A DNA stretch of 60,349 nucleotides, the filler included. It is 5 parts of 5 records of this genome, joined end to end, with 100 filler letters (N's around TTAATTAATTAA, not from the genome) between each part and the next. Parts side by side here need not be neighbours in the genome. Positions count along the whole stretch, not along the records: positions 15,633 to 24,940 come from SRR2962707_3500; positions 25,041 to 44,664 come from SRR2962707_3504; 3 more parts are not named here. One strand, 5' to 3'. Shown in pieces: positions 19,763 to 29,174 of this stretch; the first letter of the stretch is position 1, and each line of letters starts with the position of its first letter. The position numbers and the translations under genes are program-made. The notes under the pieces were generated by a model. The model was not told the DNA's origin. It ran no database searches and was given only the letters and a program-made list of their open reading frames with translations.

Positions 19763-20534
19763 TTAAGCTCCAAGTATTTAAATCTTGAATAGCATGGTGT
19801 GCTGTTAAATCAAACTGTACTGGCACTAAAGAAACATAACCGTTTGCCAATGCCCATTCGTCGGTATCTTCGCCCTTATCTTGATTCACAAATTTTCCGG
19901 TAAGCCAATAATATTCTCTTCCCATAGGGTTGGTACGTTTGTCAAACTCTTCCACCCAACGTGCATTTGCTTGTCGGCAAACCTTAATACCTTTAATATC
20001 TTTTTCCTGAAGTTTTGGGAAGTTTACATTCAAAACAACACCTTTTGGCATCCCATTTTTAAGAGCACTTTCTGTAATTGTTTTTACATGTTTTTTGACT
20101 GCATCAAAATTTGCTTCCCAAGAATAATCGCACAGAGAAAAGCCAATAGCAGGAATTCCTTCTACTCCGGCTTCCACAGCAGCACTCATTGTTCCAGAAT
20201 AAATAACATTAATAGAAGAATTTGAACCGTGGTTAATACCACTAACACAGATGTCGGGTTTTTTATTCAGAATCTCATTAACAGCTAGTTTTACACAGTC
20301 TGCAGGAGTTCCACTACAACTATATTCTAGTTGAACATCATCATGGTTAATTGTTATCGGACTACAATACAGCGTTGAATTAACTGTAATGGCGTGTCCC
20401 ATGCCACTTTGAGGACTGTCTGGAGCTACAACAATAACATCGCCAATTTCATTCATAACGTCTATTAAAGCTCTAATTCCAGGTGCTGTAATTCCGTCGT
20501 CGTTGGTAACAAGTATTAAGGGTCTTTTTTTCAT
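19755..20534 (-). CDS. surE: 5'/3'-nucleotidase SurE
   Basis: LVTNDDGI, GTPADCV, SGINHG and YSGT motifs. Confidence 0.96.
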   Translation of the reverse strand: MKKRPLILVTNDDGITAPGIRALIDVMNEIGDVIVVAPDSPQSGMGHAITVNSTLYCSPITINHDDVQLEYSCSGTPADCVKLAVNEILNKKPDICVSGINHGSNSSINVIYSGTMSAAVEAGVEGIPAIGFSLCDYSWEANFDAVKKHVKTITESALKNGMPKGVVLNVNFPKLQEKDIKGIKVCRQANARWVEEFDKRTNPMGREYYWLTGKFVNQDKGEDTDEWALANGYVSLVPVQFDLTAHHAIQDLNTWSLND

Positions 20535-20927
20535 TTTAAAATTTCATTTACAATGCTAAAATAATCAATTTAAAACTTTGTAGGAGTTATTGAAAAGTTA
20601 TAAGTAACATAAGTTTTTTGAGTAGATAAAATAGTGGGGATGGTGTTGTGTATTTTTTCAATTTTAACACTGTCTGTTAAAGAAATAAGGAATATTGAGG
20701 GTTTAACAAAATATTAGTGGGTTTGGTATGTTGTGGCACGATTTTTTCCTTAATTTAGTTGATCTTTATTGAAGAGAACGATATAAATTAAGAGATTGGA
20801 ACATTAAATATTTTACATAATGGGTTTTTTATTATATTACAAACCTTATAAGAATAGTAAGATATTTAGCGTTAAAGAATGCAGAGATGAACGGAATTTT
20901 GATGAAGTCTCTATAAAAAAAATGTAA

Positions 20928-23141
20928 ATGAAAAGGAAATTTGTGTATTTGTTGGCGGCATTATTAGTGTCTGCTGCATCGTGTAGTTTTACAAATAAAA
21001 CATTTGATAATCCAGATAAAGACAAGCTACTGCTTGATTTAATATCCTATGTATTGGAAAATGCTCATTTTAATCCAAAAGATGTGGATGATGATTTTTC
21101 TGAACATGTGTATGATAATTATATAGAGTCTTTAGATCCATTAAAGCGTTATTTTTTACAAAGTGATATAGATGAGTTTAATGAATATAGATCTGCAATT
21201 GACGATCAAATAAAAACTTCTGACTTGTCTTTTTTCAATCTTACCTACGACAGACTTATGCAGCGTATGGACGAAGCTTCTGTAATGTATAAAGACGTAT
21301 TAGAGGAGCCATATGATTATAACGAAGACGAAGTAATTGATGTGGATTATGAAAACATACCATTTGCTAAGAACAAAGAAGAGTTATGGCAGCGTTGGAG
21401 AAAGCAATTAAAGTTCTCTACTATTGAGCGTTATGTAAGTGCTATGGAAGAATCTTCTGATAGTATTACTGTTGAAAATGAAATGACTGAGGATGGTGTT
21501 CAAGGAAAGTTGGTAGATGAAAAAGGGAATCCTAAAAAAGCAATAGACGAAAATGTTGAAGGAGCATCATCAAAAGATCCTGTTGCGTTAGAGAAAGAAA
21601 CGCGTGAAGCTACCATGAAAACTTTAGGAGAGTATTTCGAATTTATGGAAGATTTACAGCGTAAGGATTGGTTTGCAGCTTATTTAAATGCTATTGTGGA
21701 AGAATTTGATCCACATACATTTTATTTTGCTCCCGATGATAAAGAGCGTTTTGATGTAAGTATGTCTGGTAAATTTGAAGGAATTGGAGCTAGATTACAG
21801 AAAAAGAATGATCATATTAAAATTATAGAAATAATATCTGGAGGTCCTGCTTGGAGAGGTAATTTATTAGAAGTTGGAGATATTATCATGAAAGTAGGTC
21901 AGGAAAACGAAACTCCTGTAAGTATTGTAGGTATGCGTTTAGAAGATGCGGTTAAATTGATAAAAGGACCTAAGGGATCTAAAGTTTTACTTACAATTAA
22001 GCGTTTAGATGGTACAGTAGAAGAAGTAGCTATTGAGAGAGATGTTGTAGAACTTGAAGAATCTTATGCAAAGTCTTCCGTAGTAAAAAAAGGAGAACGT
22101 ACTTTTGGTGTAATTAATCTTCCAAAATTCTATATAGATTTTGATGATTATAAAAATAGAAATGCTGCTTCCGATGTTGCAAAAGAAATTGAGGAAATGA
22201 AAAAGGCTGGAGCAGAAGGATTAATTTTAGACCTTAGAGATAATGGAGGAGGTTCTTTAAAAACTGTGGTTGATATGGCTGGACTTTTTATAAAAGAAGG
22301 GCCAATTGTTCAAGTAAAATCGACAGGAAAAGAAAAAGAAGTACTTTCCGACACAGATGATAGGGTGCAGTGGGATGGACCACTTGTAATATTGGTAAAC
22401 GAACTATCGGCTTCTGCTTCTGAAATTTTAGCAGCGGCAATGCAAGATTATAAAAGAGCAATTATTCTTGGAAGTAAACAAACATATGGAAAAGGAACTG
22501 TTCAAAATGTAATTGACTTAAACAGGTTTTTAAGAGGGGATAATGAATATGGAGATGTAGGAGCTTTAAAAGTTACTACTCAGAAATTCTACCGAATTAA
22601 TGGTGGTTCCACACAATTAGAAGGAGTTAAGAGTGATGTGGTGGTTCCAGACAGGTATAGTTACAGAGATATTGGAGAGAAAGACCAAGAGAATCCACTT
22701 CCTTGGGATAAAATAGAATCTTTGAATTATGAAGATTGGGCTGGTTATATTGATTATGAAGAAACAATTGATAGAAGTAAAGCTAGAATGGCTAAGAACG
22801 ACCAGTTGAAATTGATTGATGAGAATGCGCAATGGGTTAAAGAAAAGCAAGAAGAAAAAGAATATCCGTTGAATATTGATAAGTATAAAGCTGAAATAGA
22901 AAAAGATGAAGAGGTTTTAAAACGCTTTAGAAAAATTGCAGATTATCAAACCGATCTTTCTTTTAAATCGTTGCCCTATGAAGAGGATTTAATGACTAAA
23001 GATAGTACGTTAAGAGAGAAAAGAGACCGTTGGCATAAAAATCTATCTAAAGACGTTTATATCGAAGAGGCTGTAAATGTTTTAGAAGATTTAAAAATAA
23101 ACAACATAAAAAAACATAAAGTAGTTGATGTAAAAGGGTAA
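20928..23141 (+). CDS. prc: Carboxy-terminal processing protease (S41, Prc type), lipoprotein
   Basis: DPHT, GIGA PDZ segment, DLRDNGGG, SASASEI and GKGTVQ motifs. Confidence 0.92.
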   Translation: MKRKFVYLLAALLVSAASCSFTNKTFDNPDKDKLLLDLISYVLENAHFNPKDVDDDFSEHVYDNYIESLDPLKRYFLQSDIDEFNEYRSAIDDQIKTSDLSFFNLTYDRLMQRMDEASVMYKDVLEEPYDYNEDEVIDVDYENIPFAKNKEELWQRWRKQLKFSTIERYVSAMEESSDSITVENEMTEDGVQGKLVDEKGNPKKAIDENVEGASSKDPVALEKETREATMKTLGEYFEFMEDLQRKDWFAAYLNAIVEEFDPHTFYFAPDDKERFDVSMSGKFEGIGARLQKKNDHIKIIEIISGGPAWRGNLLEVGDIIMKVGQENETPVSIVGMRLEDAVKLIKGPKGSKVLLTIKRLDGTVEEVAIERDVVELEESYAKSSVVKKGERTFGVINLPKFYIDFDDYKNRNAASDVAKEIEEMKKAGAEGLILDLRDNGGGSLKTVVDMAGLFIKEGPIVQVKSTGKEKEVLSDTDDRVQWDGPLVILVNELSASASEILAAAMQDYKRAIILGSKQTYGKGTVQNVIDLNRFLRGDNEYGDVGALKVTTQKFYRINGGSTQLEGVKSDVVVPDRYSYRDIGEKDQENPLPWDKIESLNYEDWAGYIDYEETIDRSKARMAKNDQLKLIDENAQWVKEKQEEKEYPLNIDKYKAEIEKDEEVLKRFRKIADYQTDLSFKSLPYEEDLMTKDSTLREKRDRWHKNLSKDVYIEEAVNVLEDLKINNIKKHKVVDVKG

Positions 23142-23165
23142 ACTACTTTTTTAAAAACTATATTT

Positions 23166-23198
23166 AAGAGACCATCATTAATTTGATGGTCTTTTTTT
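23166..23198 (+). terminator. Intrinsic terminator after prc
   Basis: AGACCATCA-TTAATT-TGATGGTCT followed by a T-run. Confidence 0.85.
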
Positions 23199-23291
23199 GT
23201 GTAAAAAGAAGTGTGATGCTTGTTATTTTAGGTTTAAGTATTGATCACATTTAATCAAAAACATAATATTTGGTGAATGTAATCAGTAAAT

Positions 23292-23424
23292 ATGATAAAA
23301 AAAATTTATTAAAGAATCCATAGAAAAGCGATTAGCAAAGGGGAAAGCTATACTTTTAATTGGTTCTCGATAGCCAGAGAAGGTTACTTTGATTTATCAG
23401 AAATTAGAAGAGAGGGATTTTTTA
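23292..23424 (+). pseudogene. Decayed N-terminus of an AAA-family ATPase (AAA_14/DUF4143-like)
   Basis: Manual translation MI/KKFIKESIEKRLAKGKAILLIGSR*PEKVTLIYQKL, with a frameshift in an A8 run and TAG at 23371 inside the Walker A. Confidence 0.6.
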
Positions 23425-23503
23425 AAGCGAGTTTTATCTTGAGTAATTCTTACAATTTGATGTTGCCATATAAGTTTATATAAAATCTTTATGTTAGATA
23501 AAG

Positions 23504-23511
23504 TACTTTTG
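23504..23511 (+). promoter_or_regulatory. Bacteroidota -7 promoter element upstream of the kdpD-like gene
   Basis: TACTTTTG matches TAnnTTTG. Confidence 0.5.
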
Positions 23512-23543
23512 TAATTAAAACTCTCGATGATTGAGTAAAAGAT

Positions 23544-24623
23544 TTGGAAATCCTTAAAACAAGACATTATAGTAAGAAAAAACAGTACCTAATAAGTGTA
23601 TCGCTTGTTATGGTATCTGCTATTTTATGTTTTTTATCAGTAGACATTATTGGTTTTAGAGCAGTTGCACTTATTTTGCTCTTGGTGGTTTCTCTTAATG
23701 CTATTTTATTTGATATATTTCCGGTAATGTTATCTGCATTATTAAGTGCATTAATCTGGAATTTCTTCTTTATCCCTCCAATCTTAACGTTTCATATAGG
23801 ATCACCAGAGGATGCTCTTATGTTTTTTATGTATTTTGTTATTGCTTCTATCAATGCGGTACTAACATATAAAATTAGAGAATACGACAAAAAACGGCGA
23901 GATGAAGAAGAGAAAGCCAATGCCATTAAGCTATATAATACATTGTTAAATTCTTTATCGCATGAATTAAGAACACCCATAGCAACCATTATTGGTGCTA
24001 TAGACACTATAAACGACGGGGGCAACAAACTTACGGATGTTAATAGAAAAGTGTTGTATTCTGAGATTGAAACCGCAGGGACACGCTTAAATAGGCAAGT
24101 TGAAAATTTATTAAGCATGAGTAGGTTGGAAGCTGGATTTATAAAACCTAAAGAGGATTGGTGCGATTTAAATGAGCTAATTTTTACTACCATCAAAAGA
24201 AACAAAGAAAATCTTTTAAATCATTCTATAGTCTTTACTCCTAATGAGGAATTACCACTTTTTAAATTAGATATTGGTCTTTTAGAGCAAGTAGTCCATA
24301 ATATTATCCATAATGCGGTGCAACACACTCCCAAGGGGTCTTTGATAAAGATTGAAGCTAAACATGCAGAAAATTCTTGTGAGGTTATTATTTCTGACAA
24401 TGGAGGTGGTTTCCCAATTGATAAGATGGAGGCTGTTTTCAATAAATTTTATCGTCTGAATAATAATATAGGAGGTACCGGTTTAGGGTTGTCAATTGTC
24501 AAAGGTTTTACAGAAGCTATGAACGGAACCATTCATTTACAGAATAAAACTAATGGGGGTGCAAAATTTACTATTAAAATACCTGCCGAAACTACAACAA
24601 TAGAAGCTTATGGAAACCAATAG
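23544..24623 (+). CDS. KdpD-like sensor histidine kinase (TM + HisKA + HATPase only)
   Basis: WNFFFIPP..TF four-TM region, LNSLSHELRTP H-box, N/G boxes, GTGLGLSI; TTG start. Confidence 0.85.
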   Translation: MEILKTRHYSKKKQYLISVSLVMVSAILCFLSVDIIGFRAVALILLLVVSLNAILFDIFPVMLSALLSALIWNFFFIPPILTFHIGSPEDALMFFMYFVIASINAVLTYKIREYDKKRRDEEEKANAIKLYNTLLNSLSHELRTPIATIIGAIDTINDGGNKLTDVNRKVLYSEIETAGTRLNRQVENLLSMSRLEAGFIKPKEDWCDLNELIFTTIKRNKENLLNHSIVFTPNEELPLFKLDIGLLEQVVHNIIHNAVQHTPKGSLIKIEAKHAENSCEVIISDNGGGFPIDKMEAVFNKFYRLNNNIGGTGLGLSIVKGFTEAMNGTIHLQNKTNGGAKFTIKIPAETTTIEAYGNQ

Positions 24624-24885
24624 AGCACAAGTATTAGTTATAGATGATGAGCCGCAGATAAGAAAATTACTTCAGATAAATTTAGAAAGTAATGATTACA
24701 AGGTTATTCAGGCAAGCAGTGCCAAAGAAGGTTTGGCTTTAGCAGCAAGTCATTTGCCAGATGCAGTTTTATTAGACATTGGTTTACCCGACAAAAGCGG
24801 TCATGAGTTATTAAAAGAACTTAAAAGTTGGTATAATAAACCTGTAGTTATTTTATCGGTAATAGATAATGAAGAAGATATAGTG
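24610..24885 (+). pseudogene. KdpE-like response regulator receiver domain, interrupted or truncated
   Basis: VLVIDDEPQIR, LLDIGLPDKSG and PVVILS; similarity stops after EEDIV, 55 nt before the contig end. Confidence 0.7.
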
Positions 24886-24940
24886 AGGGTGGAAATTCTT
24901 GCCAAACTGACTATACCTGCTCTCACGCTTTTATACCATG

Positions 24941-25040
24941 NNNNNNNNNNNNNNNNNNNNNNNNNNNNNNNNNNNNNNNNNNNNTTAATTAATTAANNNN
25001 NNNNNNNNNNNNNNNNNNNNNNNNNNNNNNNNNNNNNNNN
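24941..25040. other. Artificial contig spacer
   Basis: N44-TTAATTAATTAA-N44. Confidence 0.98.
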
Positions 25041-25090
25041 AATAAATAACGAAGACACACACGCTATCATGCTTAATATCAGATACGACA

Positions 25091-25783
25091 TTAAGCGTTT
25101 TGTACTCGTGAAATTTGATTTTCAACGTCTTTTAGATGACCTGTTTTTATCCAGACTTTGGCGCCCTCTTTGCCCGCTTTTGCATTTATAGCGCTCTGAA
25201 GAGGCGTACGTAGCCAGCTGTTTTTCACTAGCGTATCCGCTTGCTCGTCTATCGAACCATCAAGCACCAGCACTTCCGCGCCGCCATTTGTATCTATTGA
25301 AATTTCAGCACCTGGTTCAAAGTGCAGCAAACTCACTTCTTCCCATTCGTCTTTATACAAGGGCGTCACACTTACCCCACGGAAATCACGGTGCGGCACA
25401 CTTCCCATAAAGTGGGTTTGAAGGCGTACATGGGTCCTATCACTCGGTTGAAACTGCCAAAGTTTGACAAAAATAATGCAGCCCTCTTCAGAACCGGGCC
25501 TATGCTTAGATTGCGGCGGATTGCGAATATAAGAGCCTGCAGGAAAATCGCCATGCTCATCTTGAAAAACACCATCCAATACAATGAATTCTTCACCGCC
25601 AGTATGAACATGTGGAGAGAAATGACTATTAGGCGCATAACGCACAATGGTTGTAGCGCGAGCGACTTCATCGCCCACTCTGTCCAACGCTCTTCTATCA
25701 ACACCTGCCATAGGAGATGCAACCCATTCAAGTGACTCACTGTGAACCACCACACGCTGGCTAAAATCGGCCGCTATTTTCAT
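25091..25783 (-). CDS. ChrR-like double cupin protein
   Basis: WVASPMAGVDRRALDR, HVHTGGEEFIVLDGVFQDEHG and YIRNPPQSKH motifs. Confidence 0.88.
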   Translation of the reverse strand: MKIAADFSQRVVVHSESLEWVASPMAGVDRRALDRVGDEVARATTIVRYAPNSHFSPHVHTGGEEFIVLDGVFQDEHGDFPAGSYIRNPPQSKHRPGSEEGCIIFVKLWQFQPSDRTHVRLQTHFMGSVPHRDFRGVSVTPLYKDEWEEVSLLHFEPGAEISIDTNGGAEVLVLDGSIDEQADTLVKNSWLRTPLQSAINAKAGKEGAKVWIKTGHLKDVENQISRVQNA

Positions 25784-25954
25784 TTTTGACGCCTTGATTT
25801 GGTGTGTTAAATAAAGGGGGTATTGCTATTTCTTACGCTTATTTTATTGGAATACCATCGTAAGCAAAAATATTTCAATGACATAAGTCTCGATTTACAA
25901 TCAAAACAAGAAGGCCGATCTGTCATCGCCCTTCCGTGGCTTCTTTGTTCATCA

Positions 25955-26107
25955 TTAAGTCATGTGGAAGAAGCAAAGCTTATTGCCATCGAGATCATAT
26001 ACATAAGAGCCATAAAAGAAATCAAAACGCTGACCCGGCGCACCCGCATCCGTTGCACCTAACTCAATGACCTTATTGTAAAGCGCCTGAGCTCCCTCAA
26101 TGGAACC
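25955..26107 (-). pseudogene. C-terminal fragment of a VOC/glyoxalase family protein
   Basis: Manual translation GSIEGAQALYNKVIELGATDAGAPGQRFDFFYGSYVYDLDGNKLCFFHMT*; in-frame TGA just upstream and no start codon. Confidence 0.75.
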
Positions 26108-26350
26108 CCTTACTCATCCAGGACACACACTTTTCTTCACCCTTTTATTATCTAAGACAGGCATACTTAAAAACCAACTAAAACGAGACGACTGCTGATC
26201 AACATCGACAAGCATCCAACTTTTTAGCTCGTATTTTTTAGACCTATGTTGTTTTTCTTGAGAAAAAGCACTTCTAATCGAAATTTACTTGGCAGCTGGC
26301 ATCAACACATTGCTGATTAAACATATTAAACGAGACGCTGCTGTTTAAAG

Positions 26351-27322
26351 CTAAGCGAGTAGTTTCACGCCTTGTTGATTGGGCTTGCGGCGCCTATGGT
26401 GAGATTCGCAATAGTGATCGATTGCATCTTCTTGGCCGACAACATTCGCCGTTCTTTTTTCAAACTCTGTCGCAATACACAACCAATTTTCAGACGAGAT
26501 GTGTAGGCGTTGCAAGATAGGCAACAAAGAGGCATCAATAATACCTCGCTTGCCTTCTCTGATAATGCGCCCAGTCATATCAAGCAACTCAAAGTAGTCA
26601 GTCAGTTTAAAGGGTAAACCGCAAGATACGGCTTTTTTAGGAGTACCAACAAAAGGAAATAAGACTTTTGGCTGATGCCCTTCTTTTGCCGAACTCACGC
26701 GCCTCTTTAAGCTGGTAAAACTGGAATCTTCCGGTGTTTGGCTTATTTTCGCTCTGATAGGGTTTAAATCCACATACGCCATGCAGGCTAGGAGTGCGGC
26801 TTCGTCTAGTAATGCTTGAGATTTAAAGCGTCCCTCCCAAAAATGCCCTGTGCAGTCATCTTCAATATTAGCTCTTCGAGCAATAGGCTCATTTAATTCT
26901 TTCATAAACCAACTAATATCACTTAAGCGTTGCCTGTAAAGGCTTGCAGAGGCTTCCACTAAGGCCAAAGCATAGCTAGGTAAAGACTCACCTTTTACGT
27001 ATTGCTGCGTAAAAGTCGTGCCTTTGTGGAGTTTATGCCAACGCTGCAATACATCACGGGTTGACCATGTATCTACTTTCTCAGGGGCTATATGCAAAAC
27101 GATATGGAGGTGGTTGCTCATCACGGCGTAGGCGCAGACATCAATCGAAAATACGCTGGCTAAAAATAATAGTCGATTTTCCACCCAAGCACGACGATGC
27201 TCATAACTTACCCCAGTGGATAAGTCTTCACCGCATAAAAAAGCCCGGCGAACACAGCGAGAAACGCAATGATAATAAGGGGTATCTGCTAAACACACTT
27301 GCTGATTTCTAGGTATTGCCAT
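26351..27322 (-). CDS. REP-associated tyrosine transposase-like protein (Y1_Tnp, HUH)
   Basis: YYHCVSRCVRRAFLCG, AYAVMSNHLHIV (HUH), FWEGRFKS and YVDLNPIRA (catalytic Tyr). Confidence 0.9.
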   Translation of the reverse strand: MAIPRNQQVCLADTPYYHCVSRCVRRAFLCGEDLSTGVSYEHRRAWVENRLLFLASVFSIDVCAYAVMSNHLHIVLHIAPEKVDTWSTRDVLQRWHKLHKGTTFTQQYVKGESLPSYALALVEASASLYRQRLSDISWFMKELNEPIARRANIEDDCTGHFWEGRFKSQALLDEAALLACMAYVDLNPIRAKISQTPEDSSFTSLKRRVSSAKEGHQPKVLFPFVGTPKKAVSCGLPFKLTDYFELLDMTGRIIREGKRGIIDASLLPILQRLHISSENWLCIATEFEKRTANVVGQEDAIDHYCESHHRRRKPNQQGVKLLA

Positions 27323-27375
27323 AATCAGGCTCCTCTTCCTTGAGAAAACACAGATTAAGTATAGATAAGATGAGT

Positions 27376-27419
27376 GACATCAGCCGAGAAAAATCTCCAA
27401 GTTTGTCTCGGCTGATGTC
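27376..27419. repeat. Perfect 14-bp inverted repeat upstream of the transposase
   Basis: GACATCAGCCGAGA-16nt-TCTCGGCTGATGTC. Confidence 0.85.
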
Positions 27420-27420
27420 T

Positions 27421-27590
27421 AGCATGCCTGTCTTAGTAAATTGTTACTGTAAGCCCTTACCCTTACTGAGCTTTTAGTATGTCCGTCATGGTTAAGACGT
27501 GGTTAAGGCGAAGACGTAGCATGCCTGTCTTGGTTAAGGCGGTTAAGGAGTTCTTACTGAGCTTTTAGTATGCCTGTCTTGGTTAAGACG
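27421..27590 (+). repeat. Cluster of four AGYATGCCTGTCTTRG motifs with a 38-bp duplication
   Basis: Copies at 27421, 27476 (degenerate), 27518 and 27567; 27462-27499 versus 27553-27590 differ at 3 positions; GGTTAAG recurs. Confidence 0.85.
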
Positions 27591-29058
27591 CTTTAGGAAC
27601 TGAGGCCAGTAACGCCACCAGCAATCGCCAGAAGTCCCCGACTGAGTCTATTTCCATTCTTTCGGTTGGCGAGTGAGCCCCGCGAATATTAGGGCCAAAG
27701 GAGACCATTTCCATACCCTCGTATTTCGCGCCAATTATGCCGCATTCAAGGCCTGCATGAATCACTTTGACGTTGGCTTCTTGGCCCATAACGTCTTTGT
27801 GTACTACTAAAAAATGTTTTAACAAGCCAGCATTAGGGTCAGGCCGCCAACCTGGGTAGCCATTTTCCAATACCACATTGGCATCGATCAGGCTGAACGC
27901 AGATTTTGCTGTAAGAGCAAGGTGATCAACCGCCGAGTTCACTAAAGAACGCACTAATAAGCAAGCATCAAACGACTTGCCTCCTTCAGAGGTATTTTTA
28001 AGATTAATCACCCCAAGGTTACACGATGTTTCCGTCACACCTTCTAATTCCGCGCTCATGCGATGCACCCCATGTGGCGCGCAGCTGATGGCATTAATCA
28101 ATGCCGTTTGTTGCATTGGAGCTAGTTGAGTGTCCACATCGGCATCCGTAACCCTTACATCAAGGTTGCCTTCAATGCTCGCGTATTCCGCTTGCGTGCC
28201 TTGTTTAAAGCGTTGAATAGCCTGTTCGATCGCTTCTCTGTCTTGCGGATGGTAGTTGAAAGTGGCACTGGCATCACGAGAGATTGCATTGCGCAAGGTT
28301 CCCCCCTGAAATGCACTCAAGCCAAAATCACAGATTTCGTTAAGCCCATTCAATAACCGCACTAGTAAGACGTTCGCGTTGGCTCGTCCTTTGTGTATGT
28401 CTAATCCAGAATGACCGCCTCGCAGCCCTGTAATGGTGACGGTTAAGGCTTTCGCTCCGCACTCTGCTGGTAAAACCTCATAGTGCTTATCTACATTGAT
28501 ATCAATGCCGCCCGCGCAGCCAATGTACACATCGCCACGGTCCTCTGAGTCTAGATTTAAAAGGATTTTCCCTTTGAGAATACCTTCTTCAAGCTGCAAT
28601 GCACCTCGTAAACTGGTCTCTTCCTCAATGGTGAATAGCGCTTCAATAGGACCATGCTGTAAATCAGTCGACTCCAATACCGCCAACGCGGCCGCAACGC
28701 CAATGCCATTGTCTGCGCCAAGGGTTGTCCCAGTTGCGTGCACCCAACCATCGACTACACGAGTGATGATCGGATCTGTCTCGAAATCATGGTCAACGCC
28801 GGCGTCTTTTTGCGCCACCATGTCTAAGTGACCTTGCAAGACCACCGTTTCAGCGCCTTCCATTCCTGGCGACGCCGCTTTACGAATCACCAAATTACCA
28901 ACGGGATCCACATAGGTCGTTAAGCCAAGATTATGCGCCCACGCAATAAGGTGCTCACGCAATGCCGCCTCATGATAAGAAGGTCTTGGGGTATTACAGA
29001 GGGTCTGGAAATGTTTCCAAATGGCTTGCGGTTCAAGGGTCGTTAAAATCTCGTTCAT
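27583..29058 (-). CDS. pepD: Aminoacyl-histidine dipeptidase (M20C)
   Basis: LQGHLDMV, TTLGADNGIG, FTIEEE, NLDSED, HAGLECG and HSPTE; start taken at MNEIL. Confidence 0.93.
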   Translation of the reverse strand: MNEILTTLEPQAIWKHFQTLCNTPRPSYHEAALREHLIAWAHNLGLTTYVDPVGNLVIRKAASPGMEGAETVVLQGHLDMVAQKDAGVDHDFETDPIITRVVDGWVHATGTTLGADNGIGVAAALAVLESTDLQHGPIEALFTIEEETSLRGALQLEEGILKGKILLNLDSEDRGDVYIGCAGGIDINVDKHYEVLPAECGAKALTVTITGLRGGHSGLDIHKGRANANVLLVRLLNGLNEICDFGLSAFQGGTLRNAISRDASATFNYHPQDREAIEQAIQRFKQGTQAEYASIEGNLDVRVTDADVDTQLAPMQQTALINAISCAPHGVHRMSAELEGVTETSCNLGVINLKNTSEGGKSFDACLLVRSLVNSAVDHLALTAKSAFSLIDANVVLENGYPGWRPDPNAGLLKHFLVVHKDVMGQEANVKVIHAGLECGIIGAKYEGMEMVSFGPNIRGAHSPTERMEIDSVGDFWRLLVALLASVPKAS

Positions 29059-29174
29059 GGCTATCTCTTTGTTATTAGACACATATGCATAGCAGCATTA
29101 TTGCAAACGCAGAGAATGAAGCAATTGAAATTAAGACTAGGGGTTATGCAGAAAACGTATGTCTAAACAGACAA

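Larger units (their letters stand above)
26152..27436 (-). mobile_element. RAYT-like HUH (Y1) element bounded by inverted 16-bp motifs
   Basis: CTAAGACAGGCATACT (26152-26167) is the reverse complement, 15/16, of AGCATGCCTGTCTTAG (27421-27436). Confidence 0.6.

Noticed and set aside
20734-20748. Sigma-54 promoter upstream of prc (TGGCACG-ATTT-TTTC)
   Set aside because: The -24 element matches but the conserved -12 GC is missing; too weak to call
25823-26062. 79-aa plus-strand ORF
   Set aside because: The opposite strand carries a recognisable glyoxalase fragment, and this frame has no features
27421-27590. CRISPR array
   Set aside because: Repeats are only 16 bp, spacing is irregular, the spacers are internally repetitive, and there are no cas genes
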